NCBI GenBank assembly: GCA_000934665.2
Contig: KZ539072.1
Location: 1-34,208, forward strand
Direction: 5' to 3'
Source of the DNA: Catajapyx aquilonaris
Lineage: Eukaryota
DNA: 34,208 bases
Below, piece by piece: positions 1 through 11,339 of the stretch. A program made the translations under genes and the position numbers. Within the stretch, counting starts at the first letter, position 1. Every line of letters begins with the position of its first letter. The notes below the pieces were generated by a model, which saw only the letters and a list, made by a program, of their open reading frames with translations, had not been told where the DNA came from and searched no databases.

Positions 1-181
1 GGGCGAAGGGGCGATCGCCCCCCCCTATGGCTCCCCCAGCTAGGGAAAAAAACGGAAGAAAAGAAAAAAATGGGGGGAACAGTCACACCTTTTTGCCCCA
101 AATTTGGGGTCGCGAGGAAGGGTTGTGACCTTGAACCGAAAATTTTTTCGCTCCTAGAAAAAATTACTGGATCTGCCACTG
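1..181. mobile_element. Right end of a hAT-like MITE (continues left of window)
   Basis: Ends ...ctggatctgccactg (revcomp CAGTGGCAGATCCAG), a common CAGTGG-type hAT TIR; the other end is not visible. Confidence 0.45.
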
Positions 182-582
182 CCTTGAGCAAACATGTTAC
201 TTTAGTCACACATGCCTTGCTGATGAGTTGGACCTTGCACGACATTGCTGGTCTCATGGTTTTGTTTCTTAGCGTCTGGTGGGGTCCTTTAGTCATATTA
301 TGCATATCCATTGAGAGGGAGCCATCAGCCATGCTGTTGGTACAAGTTTCAAGAATTTTTAGCAAGGGGAAAAAAATGCTAAGGACAATTATTTCTCTAT
401 TGTTCTTGTTGGTATGCTTTGACTTTCGAACTAGCAGCAAGAAAATTGCTTGTCAGCTGTTACCCAAGCTGCTGTAACCTGGTATGTTTGAATGCTGGTC
501 AAGCCCCAATGAAGATTTGTTACATTCACAAATGTGATAAGGTCAAAGTGGATTGGTCCATGTGACCTGTGATGCTCTAGAA

Positions 583-819
583 CAGTGGTTTTCAAACTGT
601 GGTACGCGCAAGTGACTTTGCAGTCTTTTTACCTGTTTATACACCTTGCGCTTTTTTAAACGATTCTTTAATTAATTTATGTCACATTAATCATTAATCA
701 TTATAGTGACTTTTTCTTCAAAACAACACGGACGTAAATTAACAATTCATTGACAGTGGTACTTCAGTTTACTGGTCCTCGCGGAGTGGTACTTGATCAA
801 AAAAGTTTGGGAACCGCTG
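583..819. mobile_element. hAT (Charlie-like) MITE
   Basis: TIRs CAGTGGTTTTCAAACT / AGTTTGGGAACCGCTG; perfect 8-bp TSD ctctagaa at 575-582 and 820-827. Confidence 0.85.
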
Positions 820-1446
820 CTCTAGAAAACTGCCTACTATGGATTCTGCAGTTTTCGTCAGACTTTGTCTCTGGATTTGAACACCAATGACGTCACTTCG
901 GTATTCCACCCATGAACTTGAACCTCCATTGGCATTCGTGACATAAGCAAGGTGAAGATGGTTTAAAAGTGTAGCTGTGACATCAGTATAATCATGTGTG
1001 CTGTGTCTTTTGATTGGCTGTTTCCTGTTGGATAACTTTCTATAAGGATAGAATCAGTAACCTTTGATTTCATCATGATGAAAAGAGCTCCTTGTTCAAG
1101 GCTTCCAACAAAGCCTCTGAATCATTCCTTGACACTCTTACCTGCAGATATAATGTGGTTTCATTGGGGCTTGCCCAGCATAATCTCACTGGAATGGGTG
1201 ATTTCTCCTTGACAACCTCTCATATTGAGAAGTATAGTACACGAATTGTATTGGAAGTGTGTTTCAGACAGAAATATTGACTGGCACATGTAACCATTTG
1301 CTTTCTCGTCTGAAGATCGAACTGTAGAACACTCAAAGTGACAGTTTCATCAAAAAATTGAGTGAAACATTTTGTAAGATTTTTTTTCTTATTTTTTAAA
1401 TATTATGGTCAAGTCAGTTTTCAGCAACCGAAATTACAGTCCATTA

Positions 1447-1590
1447 AGGCCCATTCACACAGGCCGTCGACGCCGCGGACCAATCAGAACGGACCCTCAC
1501 GTAAACAACGCGTCATGGTTACCGTGAGGGCCCGCTCTGATTGGTCCAAAACCAAAACCAAAACCGTCGACGGCCTGTGTGAATGGGCCT
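1447..1590. mobile_element. PIF/Harbinger-like palindromic MITE
   Basis: Perfect TIRs AGGCCCATTCACACAGGCCGTCGACG / CGTCGACGGCCTGTGTGAATGGGCCT, TTA TSD (1444-1446, 1591-1593), inner inverted repeat carrying two opposed CCAAT boxes. Confidence 0.85.
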
Positions 1591-1701
1591 TTATAGGCTG
1601 TCGTTTTGCATTTCAGATCTTCATCTGCAACCTCTATCACAGTCATTAGTACTTAAATATGTTATGTTATTATTATTCATCTTTAACTGACTTTTCAACA
1701 G

Positions 1702-1869
1702 AAAGTGAAAGATCTGGAAGACCATCTGCAGAGTGGTGCCACTACACCTCAGACAGAAGCTTCATCTGCTACTGGCCACTCAAGGACTGGGTCCACTGCA
1801 TCTGGTAGCTCATCTGGATCTGCTTCTGCATTTGGGATGCTGCCAACTTCAGTTCCTACCACTAACATT
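1702..1869 (+). CDS. PPP1R21: PPP1R21 (FERRY complex Fy-2) internal coding exon; upstream exons lie outside the window
   Basis: ttttcaacag| acceptor and |gtaagt donor, 168 nt, phase 0; KVKDLEDHLQSG...VPTTNI joins in frame to LGRAE of the next exon (cf. human STSLIGTL). Confidence 0.7.
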
Positions 1870-2477
1870 GTAAGTTGTTTCTGCTCATGCTCCATGCTAT
1901 ACCTGTAACACCAGTCCATGCCAAGATTTCTCATTTTGTGTTGCCTTCCACCTTTTGATAAGAATCACTTTGATGCACAGTGCAGTATGATAATCTTGGG
2001 TATGCTCAGATTGATGGTGACGGTGGGTAGGATATAGACAATGAGAGACACCAGGCTACCCAAGATATCTTTCACTCTATTGTTTCTATCTCCATTTGGT
2101 TTCTTGCCACTGCACAGTGTGTCCAAATGTGAGAACACTTGGACAAAAATGGTAACACCAAGTTGGCAGCGTCGTGTCAAGTCTGCCGTAATGTAAGAAA
2201 TTAAAGTCTGAACAGTAATAAAAACCCCCTTGGTAGGTTCAATTGAGATGCTTTTTATGCCAGGCATGTACTCAAGTCGAGTGTTCGCCTGCCACCTTTT
2301 TGTGTGTATTCAGTTGGCTTCGAATGGTCATGGAAGAAAGGTTACTGCATTTCCAAATTCAGGCTCATCCGGATTTTAAGCTGTGCATAAAATACCCCTG
2401 GCTAAGTACTACTTACTTGATCACGTAGCAATTTAAATGTGACCTTGAAATATCGGCACCAAGCGCTCCTTTGTTGA

Positions 2478-2840
2478 GGCCTCCATCACGCATATTTGTC
2501 ACGTTATTGATTTGATTTCAAAGATGAAAAGTAACGGATTTCACAATATTTCACATCGAATCACACATTAACCGAAAGACTAGACTCCCTAGTTATAGAC
2601 TCACTTCGTTTCAATACCACATAATGCCAAATTTTTTTCAAAAAGGAGGCAGCATTTGTCATGCGACCTCGACAAAAGTTGCAATTATGTGCTCTTTAAA
2701 CTAAGTGAATCTATAACAGGGGAGTCTAGTTGTTCGTTTGGTGTGTCATTCGAAGAGAAACTTGTGAAATTCACTACTTTTCGTCTTGAAAATGAGAGAA
2801 TATCGTGACCGTCGTGACAAATCCACGCAGAATGGAAGCC
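2478..2840. mobile_element. Diverged MITE with ~135-bp imperfect inverted arms (superfamily uncertain)
   Basis: 2478-2610 aligns by eye to the reverse complement of ~2698-2840 (e.g. gactagactccctagttatagactcactt vs aactagactcccctgttatagattcactt). Confidence 0.65.
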
Positions 2841-3176
2841 ATTTTTGTCCAAGTATTACCGCGTTTGGACACACTGTGCACTGAAACAAACAAACCTGGA
2901 TCCCATTCCTAACACTACCATCCCTGTCTGGTAAAACCAGAATGCTATTGTGCCAGTCACTGCTTTCTGGATCAAGGGAAGGACTCAGCCTGGCTGGAAG
3001 GAGTGGGAAGAAGTGAATGGGAGAGGGAAAACACAACAAGAGTTGTGAGTACTGGTATATGGGTCATTCTAAATTTACTTGCACTTTTCATGTCCTGGAA
3101 ATGGAATGTTAATTTCTCGTCAGCCTTCAGCTGCTTTTGCTCCATGTTACTATTACTTTTAAAAGTATTTTATTAC

Positions 3177-3479
3177 GGGGGCGGCATGGTGGTCTAGCGG
3201 TGACGCCACTGGCCAGCCAAGCGGGAGGCCGGGGTTCAAATCCCGTCCCCATCACCTCTGCTTGGCCGGGTCTTTTTCCGCTTTTCTCCCGACGTACCGG
3301 AGCAGAACTGCACTCCCTTCTCTGCTCGGGGCCAGGAGAAAAGGCCTGGTGTTAAAGAATGTCAGAAATGGCTATCGCACGGCGCCCTCCCTTGGGAACT
3401 TCCCCTTCCCCCCTAAGAGGGTCACGAGCTCTATCACGGGGTAACAAAAAAAACAACAACAAACGAACAAAAAAAAAAC
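3177..3479 (+). mobile_element. tRNA-derived SINE, family A
   Basis: GGGG start, A box TGGTCTAGCGG, B box GGTTCAAATCC, A-rich tail, 14-bp TSD aagtattttattac (3163-3176, 3480-3493). Confidence 0.9.
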
Positions 3480-4039
3480 AAGTATTTTATTACCTCATGC
3501 AAAATGTATTAAATGAGTTTAAAACTTTATTTTAATACAAGATATATATTTTTTTCTCACTGTCCATGATGATGCTTTGGGAATATATTGTTCACATAGT
3601 TCTGTAACATTATTTTCTCCTCTTTAAGCATTTGATCACAATAGCAAACTTTGGTAAACGGAATATTACAAAAATTAATTATTGGAATCCACTTCCTGTA
3701 TATATTTTTTGCTGAAAAAGTGCTGTCCAGGGTTTTTGTAGCCTCTGTTATCACTTGTGCAGTTTTCAATTCTCATCACAAATGGGGCAACACTGGACAG
3801 AAGTGAAGTTCAGGAGGGATCAAACAATCCCAGTATACATTTTCAAGTCTATGATGTGAACTTCAGGTACAGTGGGATTATAATAATATTTTGCATGTGT
3901 ATGTTTTTTCTCTTTGCAACCTCTGGTACAGATTTTTTATAGCCTTTTTGTTCAGATTTTAGAAGAGCTACAAATCTCACAAGTTCAGATTTGGTACCTC
4001 TATCAGGCAATTTCAGTAAAAATATCCTGCCTTCACTTT

Positions 4040-4058
4040 GTTATTGTTATTATTGTTA

Positions 4059-4108
<50 letters not shown>
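4040..4108. repeat. (TTA/TTG)n microsatellite
   Basis: Trinucleotide run seen directly. Confidence 0.95.
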
Positions 4109-4694
4109 TGCATAGTGAATGTAGCCTCGGTTCCAAACAGGAATATTTAGAAAAATGTTCGGCAACATTTTGTGCAAATGGAAACTGGCTATAAGCGGTC
4201 GAGTCTAGAGCAAGTGCTTGCACTTTGTGTCTTTTGCCCAAGTTTCGTGATTTCCTGTCAGTTTATCATTGTTATTCGGTTTTTGCTATGGTTTGTGACC
4301 TTATATTAATACTTTAGGCCTGTAAAATTATTCAAGCTTTTTTTATTTTCTGAAACATTATCCTCCATACTCCAGAAAAAGTAAAAATTTTGTTCCTATT
4401 TGAGGGTTTTTTCGTGCCTATTTCGGGGTTTTCTCATGTGTAAGGACTCTGGTTATCACATACCAGAAACAGATATTACAGAACAATGACAGAGGTTATA
4501 AAATGTAACAGAGCTTACAGTGTACTGTAGTAGGGGTAAGATAGGCCTAATTACGCCAATCTGACCACAACCTTGACATTTCCCCCCCTAAAGAATTCAT
4601 AATGGGACCCAAAAAGAAGTGCAGTCACAATGCAGAGAAGCAGTGCCTATATTGTGAATGGAAAACAAATATACCGTATGTTTATCCCTTAAAA

Positions 4695-5011
4695 CAGTGG
4701 TTCCCAACCCTGGGGTCCCGACCCAAGATAGGGTCGCCAATGTGTTTTCAAGGGTCGTGGGGAAGGCCTAAAAAAGGAAAGAAAAATAAATAACAAAGAT
4801 AAGAAAAAATAAGGCAAGGAAGGAAAATTTTGTGGAGAAATTCATGTCAAATCTACAAAAGCATTGTACTGTACACCTTGACGAACATTTTGGGAATAAA
4901 ATATTTGGGGGAAAACTCAAGATTTGGCAGAGGAGGGGGAGTCATATGGGTCGCCAGAGCTAGAAAAGGTTCCAGATAAGGTCGTGATGAAAAAAAGGTT
5001 GGGAACCACTG
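4695..5011. mobile_element. hAT MITE
   Basis: TIRs CAGTGGTTCCCAACC / GGTTGGGAACCACTG with GGGTCG subterminal repeats; TSD degenerate. Confidence 0.8.
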
Positions 5012-5565
5012 GTTTTAAATGTGGCTGTGAAGCCATTTAACTAAGAATACCATTTGGTGAACTATCAAAGTCATTGGTAATATGCGAAAAAAATCACTAC
5101 ATTACATTGATGTCTGCAACCTTTGGTACCTCATGTAACTTCTGTTGTGGAAAGGAAATTAATTTCTGCAAATCTTAATTATCGGTTCTGACCATTTCTA
5201 TCAATTGAAGGCTGCACTCAATATGGCCCAACAACCCTCAGAAGTTGTTTTTTGTATAATGTTATTTTTTCTTATTCCTAGGAAAACTTTCAAGTATAAA
5301 ATGTACAGTCTCGAGCACAAGTTAGAGACTCTGTGGGTCTTCTCTGACCTTCCTTTATCTGACTCAAATTAATGGACTCTTTTTGCACTGAGTTAGCTGC
5401 TTTAGGTGTGTGTTCGTGTATTTATAACCGTATATTTGATACCGTAATGGCCGGGATTGGTAGAGCACTCTGCCGTCTCCAACTTTAGACTCAGGACTGT
5501 ACACTCTGGTAAGAAAAGTAACACAGTTCATTATTTTATCAATTCACATTATTATGGTTTGTATA

Positions 5566-6583
5566 TCTATAATATTAAAATCCTTGCGGGGTTTGGCCGA
5601 GCCCTCTGATTGGTCCGCCCCCATATTGTTGCCGCCGCCTCTTCCTATTGGCCCCCGTCCATTGTTGCTGCGTCGTATTGTTACCATGACGCCTCCGATT
5701 GGCCCCGTTCCGAGCATGCGCAATGGGTGGAAGAACGCCACAGTTGCTTGCTGGACGTCAACGAGGACACATCTCTCCCGCAAAGACCCCTCCACCCTTC
5801 CATCATCCTCCACCCACGTCTTCACGGTGACCTCACAACAGGGGAGGGGGAGAGGAGGGGAACCGAACATAGGCTACGGTCGGGATTTTGTTTATCAGTG
5901 GTGCCAACTCCATGGACGTTTAATAAACAAAGTAAAATGATTATTTCAGTTTTTAAAACAAGGTCCTTACTGGCACCCCCGCGGGGAGAGTTGGTAAGCA
6001 GGATTGGCCGCGATATTCAACACTGAACCAGGGGATAGGTCGAGAACGTCAAAAGAAAGTGGCGGGGAGAATGAAACCAGTGTTTCGATCATCTAATACA
6101 AACACTCCCAAGTTCCGTGGACATTTATAATAAAGGGGAGTGATGAGCAGTTAGAAAAACGTGGTGGAAAATGTGCATATAATTTAGATAGGCCCTACAT
6201 GTGTGCGAGTGCATGCGTGTAGAGGCGGTAGAGGTTGTGAATTTCTGTTTGTACAATAATTTATTGGTGGTTTTTAGAAATTCAAAAAGATATTGGTATG
6301 TTGAGGTGAGCAAATGCATATTTCCCAGCCAATGCAAAGGTGGGATTTCAGACCGTTCGCAAGGTAGTACTGAATCGTGGATATCAGTACAAAATCACGG
6401 ACGGAGGAACGGGTGTGGTGTTGAGTACACATATGATTGGGGGATGGGCATCATCACTGGCCATAAGTCGGAAGCGATTTGAAAGGCTGTGTCCGCCGCA
6501 GGCGTAGAAAAACGTGAGCAAAGCGAGCGGTTTTCTACGCCTGCGCCATAGGAAAAATTTGAGCGTAGCGAGGGTTTTTCTAG
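5566..6583 (+). mobile_element. Non-autonomous Helitron (~1.0 kb)
   Basis: A|TCTATAATATTAAAA 5' end; 3' end ...gagcgtagcgagggtttttCTAG|T; A-T target, no TSD; CpG-rich interior. Confidence 0.75.
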
Positions 6584-6895
6584 TGCAACATTAACTTGAC
6601 TACTATCATCCACGAAGTCCAATGGTAAAAAGGTATTTGCCTGACTGCTTGATCTTATAAACAAGAGAAGTGCAGGTTTCTGTCTGGTAACAGAGGTTAC
6701 AGATTTATACACCTGCATAATTATGTTCTAAAAGCTCTGCTGGTCTGCATAACTAACAATGAGCTCTGCTTTCAACTATTTGCTTCCTTTCAAACCCTAC
6801 ACATCCACATAATGCAATAATTGTGACCGAAATACATCAACAACAAAATTACTCCTGAAAAAGTGGAAAAGTGCAAGTAAATTTAGAATGACCCA

Positions 6896-7197
6896 CTGAA
6901 CCAGGTTGGTGTAGTGGATATGGAGTCCGCCTGCTAATTGTGAGGTCCTGGGTTCGATTCCTGGGCCAGCGACCCTGACCGTGGTTTTCTGTGGTTTCCC
7001 ACGCAGGACAATTCTGGGGTCGTTTCCTTAAAAATAGGCCACAGCCGCTTCCTTCCATCCCTATCCTTGGCCCCACCCATGTGTGAAGTAAGAGTCAGAA
7101 AAATCGAAAGAAACTGACGGTGGTAGGCCACCCCCCCCCCNCCCCCCCTAAAAGGGCTCCGCCCTATCATGGGGTACAATAAATAAATAAATAAATA
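6896..7197 (+). mobile_element. tRNA-derived SINE, family C
   Basis: A box TGGTGTAGTGG, B box GGTTCGATTCC, core GTGGTTTTCTGTGGTTTCCC...AGGCCACAGCCGCTTCCTTCC, (AAAT)n tail, TSD aaatttagaat(g/a)accca (6879-6895, 7198-7214). Confidence 0.9.
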
Positions 7198-7291
7198 AAA
7201 TTTAGAATAACCCATAGAAGTCTCTGCTATTGTTACCAAGACTCCAGTAGTAGCATGAAGGGATAGTAGTCATCATGGCAGTAATATTTAA

Positions 7292-7781
7292 CCCTTTTAG
7301 GCCTACAGACATCATATGATGTCCTGTTGATTTTTGAACTGGGCGCGCTAGAGTTTAGACAGAAATGGCGCAGTTTGAGGCTCAAAGTGCTCCTACCACC
7401 TCTTGGAAGGGGGCTCAACTACCATGGCATATGCTAATCAGTTTTTCCGCCTCCCAGCGTGAGCTAAACATATCCTCTTCCATGGCGTCAGAACAGGGTG
7501 TCCCGTAAGTCTGGACTCATAGGAATTTCTCATAGTACAGTGTTTTAGTATTATTATGTGACCACAGTAACAATTTTATAGTGACTTTAAAATTTTAAAT
7601 TAATTAAATTAAGTTTAAAGTTAATTGCATTTTAATTTTTTCAGAATTTTACATTCAAAAGGACCACCATGAGTTAAAATGATAAATATTGGAGCATATT
7701 GTTTTTCATTAATATAACTCCTACTACAAATTTTGGTCAAGAAAAGAAAAAAACGGCCCAAAAAACCCTGCCGTCAAAGGG
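7292..7781. mobile_element. Possible degenerate piggyBac-like MITE
   Basis: TTAA|CCCTTT... and ...AAAGGG|TGAA ends; TIR match is short and imperfect. Confidence 0.3.
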
Positions 7782-7856
7782 TGAAGGGGGAATTTTAAAA
7801 AGAATTTCATAAGGGAGATTCATTACTTCATTTTTGCATCATACTTCATTTCCCAG

Positions 7857-8240
7857 CTGGGCAGAGCAGAAATCACAACTGGACTTGCAGGTGATGAGTC
7901 AGGCAGTCATGAGCAGGAAGTGAAGGCCTACTTTTCTCGCCGGATCAATGAGCTGGTTGCAGACCTCCAGCTGGCAGACAGTAAAGCAGTGAGCTTCTTT
8001 GCGGAGTGCACTTCTCTGCAAAAGAGACTGCAACTGGGGAAGGAATTACAGCAGGTCCAGGAGAGGGAGCTGGAGGCGCTGCGGTCAACCCTGGCCAAGG
8101 TGCAGGAGGAACTAGTGACCACCACACAAAATTATGAGTCACAGCTCAGCATGATGTCCGACCACCTGGCCACAATGAACGAGAAGCTTACTGCTCAACA
8201 GGATGAGATTGATGACCTCAAATACCAGCTAGGAAGCAAG
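7857..8240 (+). CDS. PPP1R21: PPP1R21 penultimate coding exon (C-terminal coiled coil)
   Basis: tttcccag| acceptor; ...RINELVADLQLADSKAVSFFAEC...YESQLSMMSDHLATMNEKL matches the remembered human PPP1R21 LQLADSKSVHFYAEC...YEDQLSMMSDHLCSMNETL; donor AAG|gtcaaa. Confidence 0.92.
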
Positions 8241-8310
8241 GTCAAAATGAGATACACTCCTTTATTCAGTTCTGGGCAGGTTATGTCAGAATGTGTCTCT
8301 GAAGTCTCTT

Positions 8311-8423
8311 GTTTGCACACTGGAGGTAACTTACCCATTGGGTATCTTGTTGTTTACTTCTAACATTTTAGACACATTTTCATGGTATTCACCCAATGGG
8401 TAAGTTACCATCAGTGTCCAGAC
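8311..8423. mobile_element. Short MITE-like inverted repeat
   Basis: 33-bp arms with a perfect core ggtaacttacccattgggt / acccaatgggtaagttacc. Confidence 0.6.
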
Positions 8424-9166
8424 TAGGGTCTTTAGTGTGAGCGTGGCATAGTGGTTTAAGCCACATGCCACAGCTATACCACCTCAGAGGTCCTCCATTC
8501 AATCCCCATGTTGGAGAGATTTTCTCATGTGGGAGGAGTTTTGAGCAGTGTTCGAAACTGAGATGCATGAGCAGGTTGCCAGTGGCATCTGAAACATAGG
8601 TTAAGGTTGCCAAAACTGGATGTCTAGTCACCATTTTTTGGGGGGGTATTACTGTTCCATAGCACAAACTCAATTGTATAGACTGTAGCGTCAACATTAA
8701 TATGTTTCACAATAATATTGAAGACGTCAGTTGTCAAAGGGCGAGCAACCCCAACTTTTCTAAAAACTGTTTATTGTGGATTCCTACTCTTGGAGTCGGG
8801 CCTCACAGGCCTGGTGAAGATGAAGCGCTAAAGTCAACCAGAAGTGCCTTAAAATTGCATGTGATGCTTTTCAGTCCATTGCCTTAGATTGTGATTGATG
8901 CTAATAATAAGTAATACGGTATAGGATGCAAATAAAATTGTCACACCTTTCTTTGTAGTACCGGTACTACTTTACGAAAATGATGTGTTCAGATATGGAC
9001 AGGCATGACTATACCACTGAAATCAACAAGAACCATTGCTTTGGGCATTCAGTTGCCAAAGGACCCAACTCCACTGATTTTGACCTTCAATAGACACTGA
9101 CCTATTTACTTTCTATAGTATATGAGATCTATGGCACTAGGTGTGTATCATGGTGCCCTATTAGCA

Positions 9167-9539
9167 ACTTTTTTTTCTTTTTTTTCTGTTTTTAAAATTG
9201 TACCCCATTAGAGGGGGCTGAGCCCTTTTAGGGGGGTGGATTACCCCCATTGGTTTTCTCATAATTTCTCTGTTTTTTCTTCAGTCTCCGGTGCAGGGAA
9301 ATCAAGGACAAAGGGTAAGGATAGGGATTGTTGGGGAGGGAACGTAGGTGCAAGTGCGATACCAACCTATAAATGGGTCATGTGCTGTTCCCCAGGAGGT
9401 TAGGTTGCCAGATGTCTCCAAGGTGCAGGTTAGAGACCCTCCCAATGCAGGTGAAAGGGAACGCCTAGGCAGGGATCGAACGTGGGACCTTTCACTCAGC
9501 AAGCGGAGACGTTACCATCTTGGCCACCACACCTCCCCA
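9167..9539 (-). mobile_element. tRNA-derived SINE, family B copy 1
   Basis: Minus-strand GGGGAGGTGTGGTGGCCAAGATGG head, GTTCGATCCC B box, 11-bp TSD ccctattagca (9156-9166, 9540-9550); homologous to copies at 20250, 21955 and 25171. Confidence 0.9.
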
Positions 9540-10824
9540 CCCTATTAGCATCATAAACCACGAAACTCTACATGGAGCAATTACGCATGCAGTTTTTTTG
9601 TCTCGTGAAAAATTTACCTCATGGAATTGGGCCCTTTGGCTAATAACTTCTTCAAAGCACATTTGAGAAGCACATTTTACCATTGCTCTTTTTTATAAAC
9701 ACGTGAACTGCAGTAATACATTCCTTACTAAATTTGTCCCTGATTACCAGACGCAGGCTTTCTGCAGTGCAATGCACAAATGGTTTTGCCTATTTATGAT
9801 TAATGTAAGTTACAATATGTCTCAAGAGCATCAGCAGGAAATAAACCGAAAATGCTGCATGTATGTGGCAGGAATGCGAGTAGGCCTAATAAGTGACAGA
9901 AATAATTCACCATTGGGAGGGAAAGCTAGTCATCTTGATTTGATCGCCAATTGATAACTTCCAGTCACAAAATGCGACTGGCCAATTTCGAACCCTGGTT
10001 TTGAGAGCTTCTCCATGTTCACATGGGCTATGTTGGGGTTTTACAAATTCTCAAAATTCATCATCATATTGGTTGTGAGTAAAGATTGGGAAATAAACAT
10101 GATGTCCTAAGAGGCCATTCTCCTATCACAGGGCATTCAGTTATTATATTTAATGTCTTCAAGTTTTGACGATTGACCATTTTTTGTTACTTTAATCAAT
10201 GTAAAAAATGCCTTCCTAGTGAAATGTTGCAGTTGCTGTAATATCAGTAAAAAATTATCCACACAATGTGAGGAATGATATGAATGAATAGTGATTGAAT
10301 ATAAAGAACAAAAGCTTTCAACACACACATTGTTCCTTGTAACAGAATATCTTTGTAATGAAAGAAATGTTGATTACCTTGTGTTCATTGTGTGGAGATT
10401 TACATTCTAGTACAGTGTTTCTCAACCTTTTTACCCTTGCAGAACCCTTGAAATAATACAGTTCACAAGGAAAACAGGACCATTGACTCTAGATAATTAT
10501 AACAGCCTCAGCTATAACAGATTCTCGGTTATTCCAGACTGATTTCTGCGGTCCTTGAAGTCTGTTATGTTTGGAGTCTACTGTATATTATTTCTGATAG
10601 CTGGTTTAAGCAAAAAAAACTTATGTTTTCTGAGGTTCATTGACAAGAAAAAAACTGAAATCAAACTGCCTGTTCAAGAGACCTCAGACATTTTCATTGA
10701 CACACAAATTAACCCCACATCTGTAAACACAAAAAATAAATATAAATAAGCAATATCATATATAACACAAACAGAACGAAAACAATCACTCCTACAATAA
10801 CTCAATTGTTCATTGACAATGTTA

Positions 10825-11190
10825 TAATCATAATAATAATAATAAATAATTTGGGTTAGTGCACCACCCACTTTTAATGGGCATTTGGCACAGTAGGCTA
10901 CCTTTATTGCTTTTTAAGGTGTACAAGCTTTTTGTTGGTCCTTTTCCATAACGCCCAGGTACTGCAAGTGAGGGAAGGGTGACTGGGAGGGGATGTGCAA
11001 TGTCTCAATAGTGGTACATTTTGTGAACTCCCCCGGGTGGATTAGTCTGTCAGAGATTCCACCCAAGACGAAGCCAGAGAAGACCCAACTCTGCACGAGA
11101 TGAAGGGGGGAAAGCCCGGGCTTGGGATCGAACCCAGGACCCTTACATCCGTGGGCGCATACGTTACCGCAGCGCCACTCCGCCTCCCCT
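10825..11190 (-). mobile_element. tRNA-derived SINE, family D
   Basis: A box TGGCGCTGCGG, B box GGTTCGATCCC, (TTA)n tail, 13-bp TSD attgacaatgtta (10812-10824, 11191-11203). Confidence 0.88.
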
Positions 11191-11339
11191 ATTGACAATG
11201 TTAAAAAGGCATAAGATAAATAATGGTAGAATGTCATATGAACAAAATGTGTCAAGGAAATGTTATTTTTGAAGCCAATTTAGATAGTAAAAGTTATTTT
11301 TAAGTGTAAAACCTGTACTTGTCTTTTGGTCCACAAATA

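Noticed and set aside
70..477. 135-aa ORF
   Set aside because: Starts within a MITE end, no recognisable domain or splice context; likely chance.
3177..3255. tRNA genes at SINE heads (also 6896, 9538, 11189, 21955, 25171)
   Set aside because: A/B boxes are present but followed by SINE bodies, tails and TSDs; no intact cloverleaf.
3914..4194. Poly-Ile and poly-Tyr ORFs
   Set aside because: Translations of the (TTA)n microsatellite.
5544..6026. Three overlapping ORFs of 108-138 aa
   Set aside because: GC-rich Helitron interior; no Rep/helicase or host-gene similarity recognised.
8437..8600. Possible decayed tRNA-like SINE head
   Set aside because: B box degenerate; no tail or TSD could be defined.
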